Positions 51,173 through 64,000 of a DNA stretch of 64,000 bases are shown here, piece by piece (position 1 is the stretch's first letter; each line of letters opens with the position of its first letter). Under the pieces are notes generated by a model. It made no database searches, was not told the DNA's origin, and was given only the letters and a program-made list of their open reading frames with translations. Position numbers and translations under genes: made by a program. The stretch is from Octopus bimaculoides (lineage: Eukaryota). Where the stretch lies: contig NC_068998.1 in assembly GCF_001194135.2 (NCBI RefSeq), forward strand, positions 34,746,221 through 34,810,220, written 5' to 3'.

Positions 51173-51395
51173 CTCTTTAGCATTCAGATTACTCTGTCCA
51201 GCATAATGCATATCTATTTACATTGTCTTGAATTAATCATGCATTTTCCCATAACTTTGAATGTTCAATGATGTGATAGTTTATTTTTAGAATGACATTA
51301 TAGGGTATGTATGAGAGGTCAGATCAGATCACTTTGAACATAAAACAGGTAGAATATTTGGTTGAGATATAGCTGGTTTAACAGCCTATGGGGTG
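51173..51395 (+). mobile_element. piggyBac-like MITE
   Basis: TTAA at 51169-72 followed by CTCTTTAGCATTCAG; interior is antiparallel to 35184-35403. Confidence 0.65.
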
Positions 51396-52079
51396 ATAGA
51401 AAGTGTTGTAGAGTGTAATGGTGACTGGAAAAATATAGTTGTTCCTTTTGAGTGTCATTGAATCGATAGTTTATTTTGCATAATCAGATATGCAGGAATA
51501 TATTCCTCGTCTGAAAAACCATATTGGTTTGTGAGAAGGAATAAAAGTTATAGACAGATGAACATATAGGTTTACTTTCACATAAGTGTGTAGAGACATA
51601 TACATTTATAGGAATGTATGTATATATATATANNNNNNNNNNNNNNNNNNNNNNNNNNNNNNNNNNNNNNNNNNNNNNNNNNNNNNNNNNNNNNNNNNNN
51701 NNNNNNNNNNNNNNNNNNNNNNNNNNNNNNNNNNNNNNNNNNNNNNNNNNNNNNNNNNNNNNNNNNNNNNNNNNNNNNNNNNNNNNNNNNNNNNNNNNNN
51801 NNNNNNNNNNNNNNNNNNNNNNNNNNNNNNNNNNNNNNNNNNNNNNNNNNNNNNNNNNNNNNNNNNNNNNNNNNNNNNNNNNNNNNNNNNNNNNNNNNNN
51901 NNNNNNNNNNNNNNNNNNNNNNNNNNNNNNNNNNNNNNNNNNNNNNNNNNNNNNNNNNNNNNNNNNNNNNNNNNNNNNNNNNNNNNNNNNNNNNNNNNNN
52001 NNNNNNNNNNNNNNNNNNNNNNNNNNNNNNNNNNNNNNNNNNNNNNNNNNNNNNNNNNNNNNNNNNNNNNNNNNNNNNN

Positions 52080-52545
52080 ATGTTAACAATCTCTTGCATC
52101 ATATATTTCATGAGCAGATGAGCATAAGATTATCAGCATTGTCGATGCCAGAGAGACACAGATTCTGTTAACATCTTGCTTGATATTTTGGCTGTTTTGG
52201 ATAGGGTCAAGACTTTGCCTAAGGCCGTAGCCCATGCCTGTCACAAAGTAAAAAAGAGTTAGAGTGTCTGCATGAAGGATTCCTGCTGTTGTTGGAAACT
52301 CTTTAGTTGGAGAGTAGGTTTTCATCTACAGTGGTGATGGCTTTGACATTCTCCTATGAGATACCTTGGTTGAATAGAACATGAAACATGGCCCTCCCAC
52401 TGACATTCTATCAACAGCCTTCAAGAAATCGACAAATATTTTTTTATGGCCTTTTGCTTAAAGATTCTGATCTGTTCTATAATTCTTTTGAGAGCATGGA
52501 TCTGTGTAGGTTTGACCTACTTTTGCAGAAGCTGTTTCTGTGATC
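52080..52545 (-). mobile_element. RTE-clade reverse transcriptase fragment with internal deletions
   Basis: TQIHALKRIIEQIRIFKQKAIK/IFVDFLKAVD...FPTTAGILHADTL (the FVDF.KAFD and G..QGD.L motifs of RT). Confidence 0.8.
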
Positions 52546-53754
52546 TTTGTAACTAAGGAGATCAATAGAAGGACTACTTGATCAAAGTACACAAATTCCC
52601 TTCACAGGTTTTTTTTTTTCACTGTATAAAAATATACATGGAATTTTGAATATTATTTGCACCATGCATCTTATTCCACAACATACATGAGTGTATTAAC
52701 ATGTGTGTGTGTGTGTGTGCAAAGGTAATATCCAAGGATCCAGGTGTAGGAAGTTAGTAAGTTTCAAGCAGTCCATAGAAGATATAAAAACAACATACAG
52801 GAACAATTATGGTTTATCGATGTAGAAGGTTGTAAATTTTTCCTACATCAAAGTTTGATAAGCTGTGTCTTTTTACCCATGCAGGCATAGGTTAGGTTAG
52901 GAGGTATTTCAGGCAGGATTTTTAGTTAGATGTTCATCTTATCATTCATTCACTCACTCATTCATTCATTCACAAACATAAGTACATATCTCCATATATA
53001 CATACTATACTATAAAGGTTTATAAAACTCTGCATTTGTATTATATACTGAGCATTGAAGTTGAAAAAGTCTACTTTGCATGAGCCATATTCAATAAAAT
53101 TAACACTATATATATATATAGATATATTTGTTTATTTACCCCAAAACCTCATGTGCTCTCATTATTTTATTGCATTTTCACTGAAGACAGAAAAACACCA
53201 TCATCTCATGCAAGAGGATTGATAATTGTTCAGAGATATACTTCTGTTGACATGAAATCATTGGTAGCCTAGTTAACCCACAAATAAAGTGTGTGTGTGT
53301 GTGTGTGTGTATCACACTCATACACATACATACATACATACATGCATAAATATGAGACTACCCTACAAATGCTATTAAATTGCAAGGAAAATGTTCTGTT
53401 CCTAGCTAGGAACTGGCACTCTCTTAATTGGTGAGCGATTGGAAAGAGAAAACAAAGAAACATACATACTCTGGCAACCACGCATATACATATCTTTAGG
53501 GTTCTTATCTATTTTTATGACAGCATGTGTGTGTACTTCCATTCAGTGTAAGAAATATAGTAATTTTAATTGATTTCTAACATTATCTCTCATAGGAGGA
53601 AATACAATGCTTTTTCGTTGTTTTTTGACTTATATTCATGTTATCTTCATATGTCTGTGTTTATGATTTTTATCTAGTACACACACACACACACACACGC
53701 GCATATATATATATTTCATTGTAATAAATATATATTTGGAGATTAATATATGAT

Positions 53755-53810
53755 AGATGTGTGCACGTACTTGTGCACGTACTTGTGCATGTACTTGTGC
53801 ACGTATTTGT
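53755..53810. repeat. 12-bp minisatellite (GTGCACGTACTT) x4
   Basis: Directly visible tandem units at 53761-53808. Confidence 0.85.
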
Positions 53811-53849
53811 ATATATCTATATATGTATATATGTGTATATATCTATGTG

Positions 53850-53884
<35 letters not shown>

Positions 53885-54543
53885 NNNNNNNNNNNNNNNN
53901 NNNNNNNNNNNNNNNNNNNNNNNNNNNNNNNNNNNNNNNNNNNNNNNNNNNNNNNNNNNNNNNNNNNNNNNNNNNNNNNNNNNNNNNNNNNNNNNNNNNN
54001 NNNNNNNNNNNNNNNNNNNNNNNNNNNNNNNNNNNNNNNNNNNNNNNNNNNNNNNNNNNNNNNNNNNNNNNNNNNNNNNNNNNNNNNNNNNNNNNNNNNN
54101 NNNNNNNNNNNNNNNNNNNNNNNNNNNNNNNNNNNNNNNNNNNNNNNNNNNNNNNNNNNNNNNNNNNNNNNNNNNNNNNNNNNNNNNNNNNNNNNNNNNN
54201 NNNNNNNNNNNNNNNNNNNNNNNNNNNNNNNNNNNNNNNNNNNNNNNNNNNNNNNNNNNNNNNNNNNNNNNNNNNNNNNNNNNNNNNNNNNNNNNNNNNN
54301 NNNNNNNNNNNNNNNNNNNNNNNNNNNNNNNNNNNNNNNNNNNNNNNNNNNNNNNNNNNNNNNNNNNNNNNNNNNNNNNNNNNNNNNNNNNNNNNNNNNN
54401 NNNNNNNNNNNNNNNNNNNNNNNNNNNNNNNNNNNNNNNNNNNNNNNNNNNNNNNNNNNNNNNNNNNNNNNNNNNNNNNNNNNNNNNNNNNNNNNNNNNN
54501 NNNNNNNNNNNNNNNNNNNNNNNNNNNNNNNNNNNNNNNNNNN

Positions 54544-54600
<57 letters not shown>

Positions 54601-55026
54601 GTATATTATATATATTATATGTGTGTAAGAAAGACAGACAGAAGGAGTAGAGAACAAAACCACATCCATCATCTTAATTTCTATATACAAAATATGCAGC
54701 ACACATACATGCATGCAACCACACACATGGACATACATGCAGGGAGATGTAGAGTCCCTGTATTAGACTGTTGTTGCTTTCCTTAATTGCATCTATTGCA
54801 ATATTCTGTAATCAGCAAATCTTATCAATTGTAGATCTCAACTATAACTCAGTGTGATTTATATTGTATATCAAATTCTTAAAGAGGAAAATATTTACAG
54901 AGACAATATATATATATGTGTATATTTACATATATATATGGGAATTATATATATACTTAATTTATAGGTACATGGATATATATATATATATATATATATC
55001 CATGTGCATATAAATTAAGTATATAT

Positions 55027-55741
55027 ATCATCATCATCATCATCATCGTTTAACGTCCGCTTTCCATGCTAGCATGGGTTGGACGATTTGACTGAGGACT
55101 GGTGCAACCGGATGGCTACACCAGGTACCAATCTAATTTGGCAGAGTTTCTACAGCTGGATGCCCTTCCTAACGCCAACCACTCAAAGAGTGTAGTGGGT
55201 GCTTTTATGTGTCACCCGCACGAAAACGGCNNNNNNNNNNNNNNNNNNNNNNNNNNNNNNNNNNNNNNNNNNNNNNNNNNNNNNNNNNNNNNNNNNNNNN
55301 NNNNNNNNNNNNNNNNNNNNNNNNNNNNNNNNNNNNNNNNNNNNNNNNNNNNNNNNNNNNNNNNNNNNNNNNNNNNNNNNNNNNNNNNNNNNNNNNNNNN
55401 NNNNNNNNNNNNNNNNNNNNNNNNNNNNNNNNNNNNNNNNNNNNNNNNNNNNNNNNNNNNNNNNNNNNNNNNNNNNNNNNNNNNNNNNNNNNNNNNNNNN
55501 NNNNNNNNNNNNNNNNNNNNNNNNNNNNNNNNNNNNNNNNNNNNNACGGTCACGCTCAGGATGGTACATCTTATGTGCCATCCGCACAAGAGCCAGTCCA
55601 GGGGCACTGGCAACGATCTCACTTGGCTTGCTGGGTCTTCTCATGCACAGCACATTTTCAAAGGTCTCGGTCAGTAGTCATCGCCTCAGTGAGGCCCAAT
55701 GTTCGAAGGTCTTGCCTCACCACCTCAGCTCAGGTCTTCCA
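55027..55741 (-). mobile_element. RTE-clade LINE 3' end (same family as 47500 and 24081), 5'-truncated, gap inside the UTR
   Basis: (CAT)n tail at 55027-55047; 55585-55741 is highly similar to 47503-47660. Confidence 0.9.
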
Positions 55742-55765
55742 ATGCACACGTACACACATATACAC

Positions 55766-56500
55766 AGGGTGTGGTGAATATATTGTCGTCTAAATTAGGC
55801 AAAAATGAAAATAATACTGACATCTCATTTTAACAGATATATTTACCAAAATTACATTAAAATAGTTTGAAATATTAAAGAGTAAATTTATTCAATAAAA
55901 TTGCCATTAGCTTCAACTACACTCTCCAGACGACCTCAAAATTCTGGATGGTCTCCTTGTTTAAGTTGGTAAATGCTGCCATAATCCTTGCCTTCATGTC
56001 ATTTTTGGAGTTACAAAGGGTTTTGTTGGTCTCTCACCCAACTGCGCCCCACACAATAATCAACAGGGTTGCAGTCTGGAGAGTTAGATGGCCCAAATTT
56101 AGGGGTAATGGGGTCGCAGGAATTGTCTGACAGTCATGACTAGGCTCTCCTGCTTTTGTGGCATGGGACAGAGTCCTGTTGCCAGAGTCCTGTTGCCAGA
56201 GATAGGGTCTTCCAGCAGTAACTTTGTTGACCCAGGTCAGCACTAGCTCCTCCAGGCACCTGATGTAGGTCCGTACCCGTTTTGATTCTGAGGCCATGTG
56301 GGAAGATGAATGGGGGCATAATGTTGCCATCACTATTGATCACTCCAAACACCATGATGCTGACTGGATGTTTGATTTTTATCGCTCTCAGTATATGTCC
56401 TCAAAGTGCACTAACTTCAGATTGACACCCAGACACTCTGAAATCTTTGCATTGGAGCTTCCAGCATGAATACCAATCAGTACAGCATGTCATTTCCAAA
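55766..56500 (-). mobile_element. DD37D (maT) transposon, internally deleted, 5' end replaced by a fold-back element
   Basis: TIR CAGGGTGTGGTGAA. Minus strand WQQDSVPCHKSRRA*S*LSDNSCDPITPKFGPSNSPDCNPVDY has exactly 37 residues between the second and third catalytic D. Confidence 0.9.
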
Positions 56501-56958
56501 TATTGACAATCCAATAATTTATTTATATTATAATATTGCATTATATACTATGAATATAATATAACATAATATTATATAACATAAACAATTATTAAAAAGC
56601 CACAGAAGGCCAACAAATTGTTTCAACTTATATACATTTTCTAATATACATACACAATAACAGTTCCCTTATGTATAAGTCACTTCACGGTAATGGTTTA
56701 AAGATAGACGGTTTTTTACAATCCAGCCCTCCTTTCACACGGAATTTTATCTATCTTTAAACCATTACCCTGAAGTCACTTATACATAAGCGAACTGTTA
56801 TTGTGTATATATATCAGAAAATGTATGTAAATCAAAACAATTTGTTGGCCTTCTATGGTTTTTTTAATAATTGTTTATGCTATATAATATTATGTTATAC
56901 TATGTTCATTGTATATCATGTAAGATTATAATATAAATAAATTATTGGATTGTCAATA
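56501..56958. repeat. AT-rich fold-back (about 210-bp inverted arms, about 35-bp spacer)
   Basis: TATTGACAATCCAATAATTTATTTATATTATAAT...TAATGGTTTAAAGATAGA is mirrored by TCTATCTTTAAACCATTA...ATAAATTATTGGATTGTCAATA. Confidence 0.9.
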
Positions 56959-57025
56959 GTATCGCTCTATTTAATTTATCTTTGTAATTTCATTATATCG
57001 ATATCTATATGGTATTCAACTGACA

Positions 57026-57088
57026 TACTAATGAACCGGGTGTTCAATGCACCCCTTTGAAGGATCTCTTTTCCTCAGTTTGCTACTT
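57026..57088 (+). mobile_element. 5' fragment of Helitron-type short element running into a gap
   Basis: TACTAATGAACCGGG...GAAGGATCTCTTTTCCTCAGTTTGCTA, similar to 36813-36870. Confidence 0.45.
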
Positions 57089-58564
57089 NNNNNNNNNNNN
57101 NNNNNNNNNNNNNNNNNNNNNNNNNNNNNNNNNNNNNNNNNNNNNNNNNNNNNNNNNNNNNNNNNNNNNNNNNNNNNNNNNNNNNNNNNNNNNNNNNNNN
57201 NNNNNNNNNNNNNNNNNNNNNNNNNNNNNNNNNNNNNNNNNNNNNNNNNNNNNNNNNNNNNNNNNNNNNNNNNNNNNNNNNNNNNNNNNNNNNNNNNNNN
57301 NNNNNNNNNNNNNNNNNNNNNNNNNNNNNNNNNNNNNNNNNNNNNNNNNNNNNNNNNTATCTCTATGTGGTGAGTTATAATGCAAAAAAATATATATAAA
57401 ATAAAAGATGGAAAATACACACACTTTATGTAGTTTTGATATACTTTTTTAATATATTTTATATTGTGTTTGTCTACCAGTTTCACTTTTACTCATCATG
57501 GCAATGAAATTATTGTAATTTAGTATTTTCTTAAGAAGATTTTAGTCCATGTTGTGTGTGGAGAAGTTTAGGAATGAATGATTCAACAAATAGAAAAATC
57601 TAAGTGGAGGTATCGTTATTATTGGGAACAGGGGAGGTAATTATTCATCTTTTGGGGAGGGGATAAATATACAAGAACACAAAAGCTAAAGTAGTGAGAA
57701 GAAACACGTACAGTCACGGGTATGTGATCATGAATTAAAATATATGCTGAGATCAAAGTTGGTTATGTGTTTATATTTAGACATGTTCTGTAGTTTCCGA
57801 TAAACAATTTTTTTAATTTAAATGTTCTTGTATAGAAATTGTTTCTTTGGACTGGTAGATGGGGGAAACTGTGAGGTTTGGTTGGATATTACCTGCACAT
57901 CTCTCTATGTGTTCATAAAATATATGAATATGCAGATATATATATATATAATTATATCTATATAAATACACATAAACAAATATAAACGATGTGTGTGTGT
58001 GTGTGTGCGTGTGTGTGTGTGTGTGGGTGTGTGTGTGTGTGCATGAGTGTCTGTATGTTTATTCCCACTTTCTCACTGTAATTGATATTTACCCTGCTCG
58101 AATATATATTGTAGCTACTGATTTGAAGCAAATCTAAAACAGATTTGTTGTATTTTAAAGTTTGATGTTTGTTAACTTAATTATATGTAGTTGCAGCTGT
58201 TGCTATTAATATTCTATTGTTATTGTTGACAAAGATATAATAGTTATCATTGTTGTGGTTACTCTTTGTCTAGTTTCTATTGCTAGCAGCGTTTTTGCTG
58301 ATGCTATAATTATTGTTCTTGTTGCCATTTACGTTGCTGAGAGTCTTCATTTACAATGTAGTCCATAATAGAGCTACTGTAGCTTGACAGTGTCTTTGAA
58401 GCTTCAGCTTGCTCACCTTCATTAGCCAACAGCAAGCAAGCTGACACTTTGAAGTCACTATCAGTTTTTTTCCTTGAAAAAGTTTATTAAACATTTATTA
58501 CACTCTGCTAAAATTATTAAGCAATCCTTCAGTGCACTGTTAATTTTTTAAATGACTGACAATA

Positions 58565-58611
<47 letters not shown>

Positions 58612-58869
58612 AATGAAGTAGGGATATTTTGAAATCTATCTTTTTAATATGTACATTTCAGGTTTGTGTAATATATGATAGAAAATGCATTGATTATGTT
58701 AACCTTCCTCAATAAAAGTTCCAAAATATAAAGAAACTGATGAAAAAATTTCAATATATATATCGTTAGTCTAATAAGTTGGCCACTAAGTTATGAGGAT
58801 AGATATGTATACAAAGGGTGAGAGGGAGAGGGAAGAGAGAGAAAGAGAGGGGAAAAGGTAAAGAAGAAT

Positions 58870-59480
58870 ACGTCTTGAGTGATTTCCATGTGGATTGCTT
58901 GTGATGCCCCTCCAGCACCTTGGGGATGAATTTTGCCAACACTCTCTACACCCACATATCCTCTGTTAAAATTGAATGCACTAATTCTGTGCTTATTCAC
59001 ACTTTGTGAGCAATTTCCTGGATTGTTATATGACAGCCTTCCATGACTATTCCCCAAACCTTCTCAACTGGCTCCCTGTTGGAGCTTGTGGATGTCTTAA
59101 TTGAGTGTGCCTTGCTTTCTACTGAGATATATCTATGTTTCAAGCAGTTGTATCACTCCTTGATCTGTGTTTTGTCCATGACATCATTGTCAAAGGCCTG
59201 CTGAATATTCAGGATGATTTGGGCTTGAGTGTCACCAAGCTTTTGGCAAAACTTGAAACAATATCCCTGCTTGATGCATTTCGTCATCTTGCATGAAGAT
59301 CAAAATCTCACGAGTGCATACTACACATCAGTACTCTAGCTATAACAGCAAGAAACCAACACAGCCTACCTGCATGAAAATTTTCATACATGTGCAGGAA
59401 GGGTGACATCATCTCTCAGCCAAAGGATTTTGCCCATGTGGCATTAGTTTTGGCAAGAAAAATAAAGACGGGTGCACTTT
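58870..59480 (-). mobile_element. Mariner transposon 5' fragment
   Basis: Minus strand FCQKLGDTQAQIILNIQQAFDNDVMDKTQIKE...ITIQEIA...ILTEDM...LAKFIPKVL (WVP-box equivalent). Confidence 0.85.
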
Positions 59481-59616
59481 ATATACACACACACATACAT
59501 ATGTAGAAGTTGAGAGAAGGAGTGGAACCAAGGGAAATAGTTATGTGCCAGACAAGAGTTTAGCGTATGATTCAAGGACATGGATAGGAGCAGATATATG
59601 TATGAACCTGTATAAC

Positions 59617-59661
<45 letters not shown>

Positions 59662-59671
59662 NNNNNNNNNN

Positions 59672-59718
<47 letters not shown>

Positions 59719-60281
59719 ATAGCCTTGGAATTAGTATTTCTGAAAATATATGTTAACACAATGTTTTCAAGCTAATTAATAAAAATCTAAGTGAACATAT
59801 GAAATATTTCCAGTACACAAACACCTACAAAATGAACACTAAGAAGGAATTCAATCTACTTACATTTACTGGTGTCTGATTGCTAGAGATTGTTAACCAA
59901 ATTCTTTTAAAACTGGATGCCTTATTCATATCTGTTGGATATTTTAATCCCTTTCATCTTGTATATATATATAATATATATATTATCTTTATCTTATGAT
60001 ATTTACTTTGTATTATATTATACTTATTTATTATGCTTTTAATTATTAATTTTTCTATATGTGACAGTGGATTTTCATCAATGAGTTCATGAACCTTGGT
60101 TCTTTTCCCTAATACTATATATTTATATATATTTTATACTGTGAAACTTAATTTAATTTTAATTTTTAATAAATTGATTTTAATTGAGTTTTTACCTGTA
60201 ATTTTGGATTTTATCTCAAATATTATTATATATATTTATATGTATATCTGTAAAAATATGTAACACTTATTCGGTAGCTAT

Positions 60282-60342
60282 GATAAAACTCCGAGTTTCG
60301 AATGCCGGGGTGGGAACCCATGCCAACATCTCTTCAGTTATC
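60282..60342 (-). ncRNA. Type I hammerhead ribozyme with intact catalytic core
   Basis: Minus strand: GATAA-CTGAAGA-[GATGTTGG..TGGGTTCCCA..CCGGCATTC]-GAAA-CTCGGAG-TT-TTATC. 5-bp stem I, extended stem II, stem III ACT(CGG)AGT, GUU triplet. Confidence 0.75.
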
Positions 60343-60410
60343 TGGCCATTGAAAATTCCTGTATTTACATAATATCGAGGTCTCTTTCTTTCTTTTGTTG
60401 TCCTTTCTAT

Positions 60411-60481
<71 letters not shown>

Positions 60482-61277
60482 CATATATATATATGTATAT
60501 GTATATTTATAAATTTGTATGAATGTATTTCTGTCATGTGTGTATCCTTGTGAGCAATATATATGTGCATATGCATATCCTTCCATTTTGGTGTATATAA
60601 ATATGTGAATCTTGTGGTATATACTTGTCTATGTATACATATCTATGTGTGTATAGTAGTAATTTTATATTTGGGTAGACACCTTGTAGTATGCTGTTTA
60701 AAGCTCCTCTACAGTATCCAGCTATCTGATATCAACAATGATACAGAAGTATATGGTATGGAGGCCACTGGATTTATTTCAGGAATTCATTTGTGTTCGT
60801 AAAGTTTAAATAAAAGAATGGAAATCACAATGCTCTTTATTCAGAACCACGATGACTGTTTTGACACATGAGGCACCCCTACCTTATGGGTAAGATGTTG
60901 TACAATAAATCATCATGCATTATTTGTGAAGAAGCATCTCCTTGGGTGGCTCTTCAAATAAGTACCTTGCTTTTTACTTGCATATAGTCATAGACAGAAA
61001 TTTAGTTTGCATCAGGCCTTGTTTGGGTATACAATATTGCCAAGTCACAAAAATAACAAAACATTCATGTTTGTCACTCCTGAATGGGACCTGATGCTAG
61101 TTATCTTGCTTGTCCATGACTTCCAGGTGTTTTAACACCAGGCATATTGATGAGAATATATTCTCTTGTACCTACAACCACAGCCTACCCGTGAATGAGC
61201 GAAACACCAACTTTGTGTACATGTATTCAATATTGTTTATATCCCTCAAGCTGCTTCTAATTCATATTCGAATGCAT

Positions 61278-61332
<55 letters not shown>

Positions 61333-61458
61333 TATACATACACACACACATACAAACACACATATACACACACACATATATACATNNNNNNNNNNATATA
61401 TACATATATATAAATATATATATACACACATACGTGCATATATAGATAGATAGAATGC

Positions 61459-61503
<45 letters not shown>

Positions 61504-62209
61504 TGTGTTTGTATTATCTTTAATTTGGTTAAATTGAAGGTTTCTTTCAAATTTAATATATGACACACAATATGATACAAATATGATTTTACATTCTTTT
61601 GTTCCATACCCATCACAACAACCGTTTCAACTTACACAAGATACTTTCAAGTGCAACATATGAGTTTTGAAAATATTTTCATACAACAATGCTGTTTGAT
61701 CTTTTAGCCATTGCTCCCCTTAAATCAAAAATATTATAATGATGTGTTTTCATCAATAAAAAATATAAAATTTCCAAAAACGAAAAAGATTTAGAAGTGT
61801 GTATGTATATATGCATGTATATATTTGTATGTATATATGTGTGTACATGCATACATCATATATAAATGCACATATACATTTATAGAGAATGACAGATAGA
61901 TTGATATACATATCAAGATATAAAGAGAGAGATATACTTATATAAAGGGAGGTAGAGAATTAGGCAAACATACAGACGCACAGATATACGTGCCTCATTT
62001 AACAGTGTGTTCAGAATTACATTTCATATGATATAGGAATGAGAAAAATGCTCTTCATTATTCAATTGCTACTGTGAAACTTTAAACAATACAATACTGG
62101 ATTAAAGTAAAAATACAAATAAAAGAAATTCAAAATGTTTTGAGCACTATTTTCTTGCTCAGTCTGTCTATTTGTCTGTCTCACTTTCTCTCTCTCTGTC
62201 TTTCTCTTT

Positions 62210-62254
<45 letters not shown>

Positions 62255-62716
62255 NNNNNNNNNNNNNNNNNNNNNNNNNNNNNNNNNNNNNNNNNNNNNN
62301 NNNNNNNNNNNNNNNNNNNNNNNNNNNNNNNNNNNNNNNNNNNNNNNNNNNNNNNNNNNNNNNNNNNNNNNNNNNNNNNNNNNNNNNNNNNNNNNNNNNN
62401 NNNNNNNNNNNNNNNNNNNNNNNNNNNNNNNNNNNNNNNNNNNNNNNNNNNNNNNNNNNNNNNNNNNNNNNNNNNNNNNNNNNNNNNNNNNNNNNNNNNN
62501 NNNNNNNNNNNNNNNNNNNNNNNNNNNNNNNNNNNNNNNNNNNNNNNNNNNNNNNNNNNNNNNNNNNNNNNNNNNNNNNNNNNNNNNNNNNNNNNNNNNN
62601 NNNNNNNNNNNNNNNNNNNNNNNNNNNNNNNNNNNATATACATCTATACCTATATGTATATATATATACACACACAAACATACAGACACACATACATACA
62701 TGCATACATACATACA

Positions 62717-62749
<33 letters not shown>

Positions 62750-63123
62750 GTGTGTTTGTCCATGCATTTCACTGAAAATTTAAGTATGTTTGTGTAATTG
62801 TTGTATATCATTAGAAAAGCAAGGTCTGTTTAGATAAGAATTGAGATTGAATTAATTGTTCTTCTCAAGCAAAGAAGTCAGTGTCTATACAATGATTAGC
62901 TTCCAAAGATAAATGAAACAGTACAACAGGGATTCTAACAATGAATGATTTGCTGATATGTTCATTCACTTGTGTGGATGGAAATGAAAAAAGGTGTTAT
63001 ATAATTAAGTTTTCAGCAATTCAGTGACAAAGAAATTAAATCTGTGAATGTGTATTTAGCCAAGTAGTAAACAGAAAAATTGAATGAAATATGTATTACA
63101 GAAGGTTAGAATAAAGAAATGTG

Positions 63124-63166
<43 letters not shown>

Positions 63167-63320
63167 ATGTGATGAATGAACAAAAACAAAAAAGAACACA
63201 AAAGGGACAATTTATACAACATAGGTGTTATTAATCTGGAAAAGAAAAGAATCAACATGTGTGTGCATGTGAACATGCACACACATACACTCACACACAT
63301 ATGTACATGTGTGCATGTGG

Positions 63321-63361
<41 letters not shown>

Positions 63362-63734
63362 TACACATATAAATTGTACATCTCCTGTTAGAAATTCTTC
63401 AGACAAAGAACTAAATAATACATTATTTTTATGATTTGCTTCTCTGTCTGAAGAATTTCTAATAAGAGATATCTTACATATTTCTCATACATGTACGACT
63501 TTGTAACTCCTGTTAGCAAATAGAACATGTGTGGTGATAAATAATTAATACCAAAACATTTTACAATCTCCTGTTTTGATATATAATTACTCTGCAAAAA
63601 GATATTTCTCAAAATGTTCAACTTTTATGCATATCTCACACTATTATAACATCTACATATGAATTTGGAATACAAGAATAAGAAGATGGGCTTCAAGAAG
63701 ACACAACTTGGATTTACACCCTATCTATATTTCA

Positions 63735-63773
<39 letters not shown>

Positions 63774-63775
<2 letters not shown>

Positions 63776-64000
63776 CAAGCAAGCACAGGTGGAATGCCTG
63801 CTCAACCTCACCAATGCCCTATTCATGGAGCAAACTGTTCTCAGACCAACTAGAGCGAATAACATTCTAGATCTCTGCTTCACGAACAATACGGACATCA
63901 TTCATGATGTGAAAGTGACGCCGACATTAGTTTCGGATCACAACATAATAGAGCTGTCTATGTTTGGGCCAAAAGAAACCAGAGACATACAGCCTAAAGG
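63774..64000 (+). mobile_element. CR1-like LINE endonuclease C-terminus, 5'-truncated, inserted after (TA)n, continuing beyond the window
   Basis: Uninterrupted frame RKQAQVECLLNLTNALFMEQTVLRPTRANNILDLCFTNNTDIIHDVKVTPTLVSDHNIIEL (the PTR..NILDL and SDH motifs of the APE domain). Confidence 0.9.

Overview
AT-rich, microsatellite-dense eukaryotic non-coding DNA with 18 assembly gaps (about 7.4 kb of N). The repeat landscape suggests an octopod cephalopod; this is inference, not a database result. No host protein-coding gene could be confidently identified, and nearly all ORFs in the track are translations of microsatellites or gaps. The window is a mosaic of mobile-element relics: R4/Dong-like non-LTR fragments sitting in (AAT)n tracts, RTE and CR1 LINE fragments, tRNA-like SINEs, mariner, Tc1 and DD37D (maT) transposons, fold-back MITEs, Helitron-type short elements, Gypsy protease and RNase H pieces, a Penelope-like GIY-YIG fragment and a probable Polinton capsid relic. 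The most striking signal is a set of type I hammerhead-ribozyme folds. One at 19905-19949 (+) caps a roughly 125-nt rod-like stem and has a single core deviation; one at 60282-60342 (-) has an intact core; two minimal, degenerate ones lie at 36695-36730 and 7338-7370 (-). Together they point to Penelope-type or retrozyme-type self-cleaving RNA elements.
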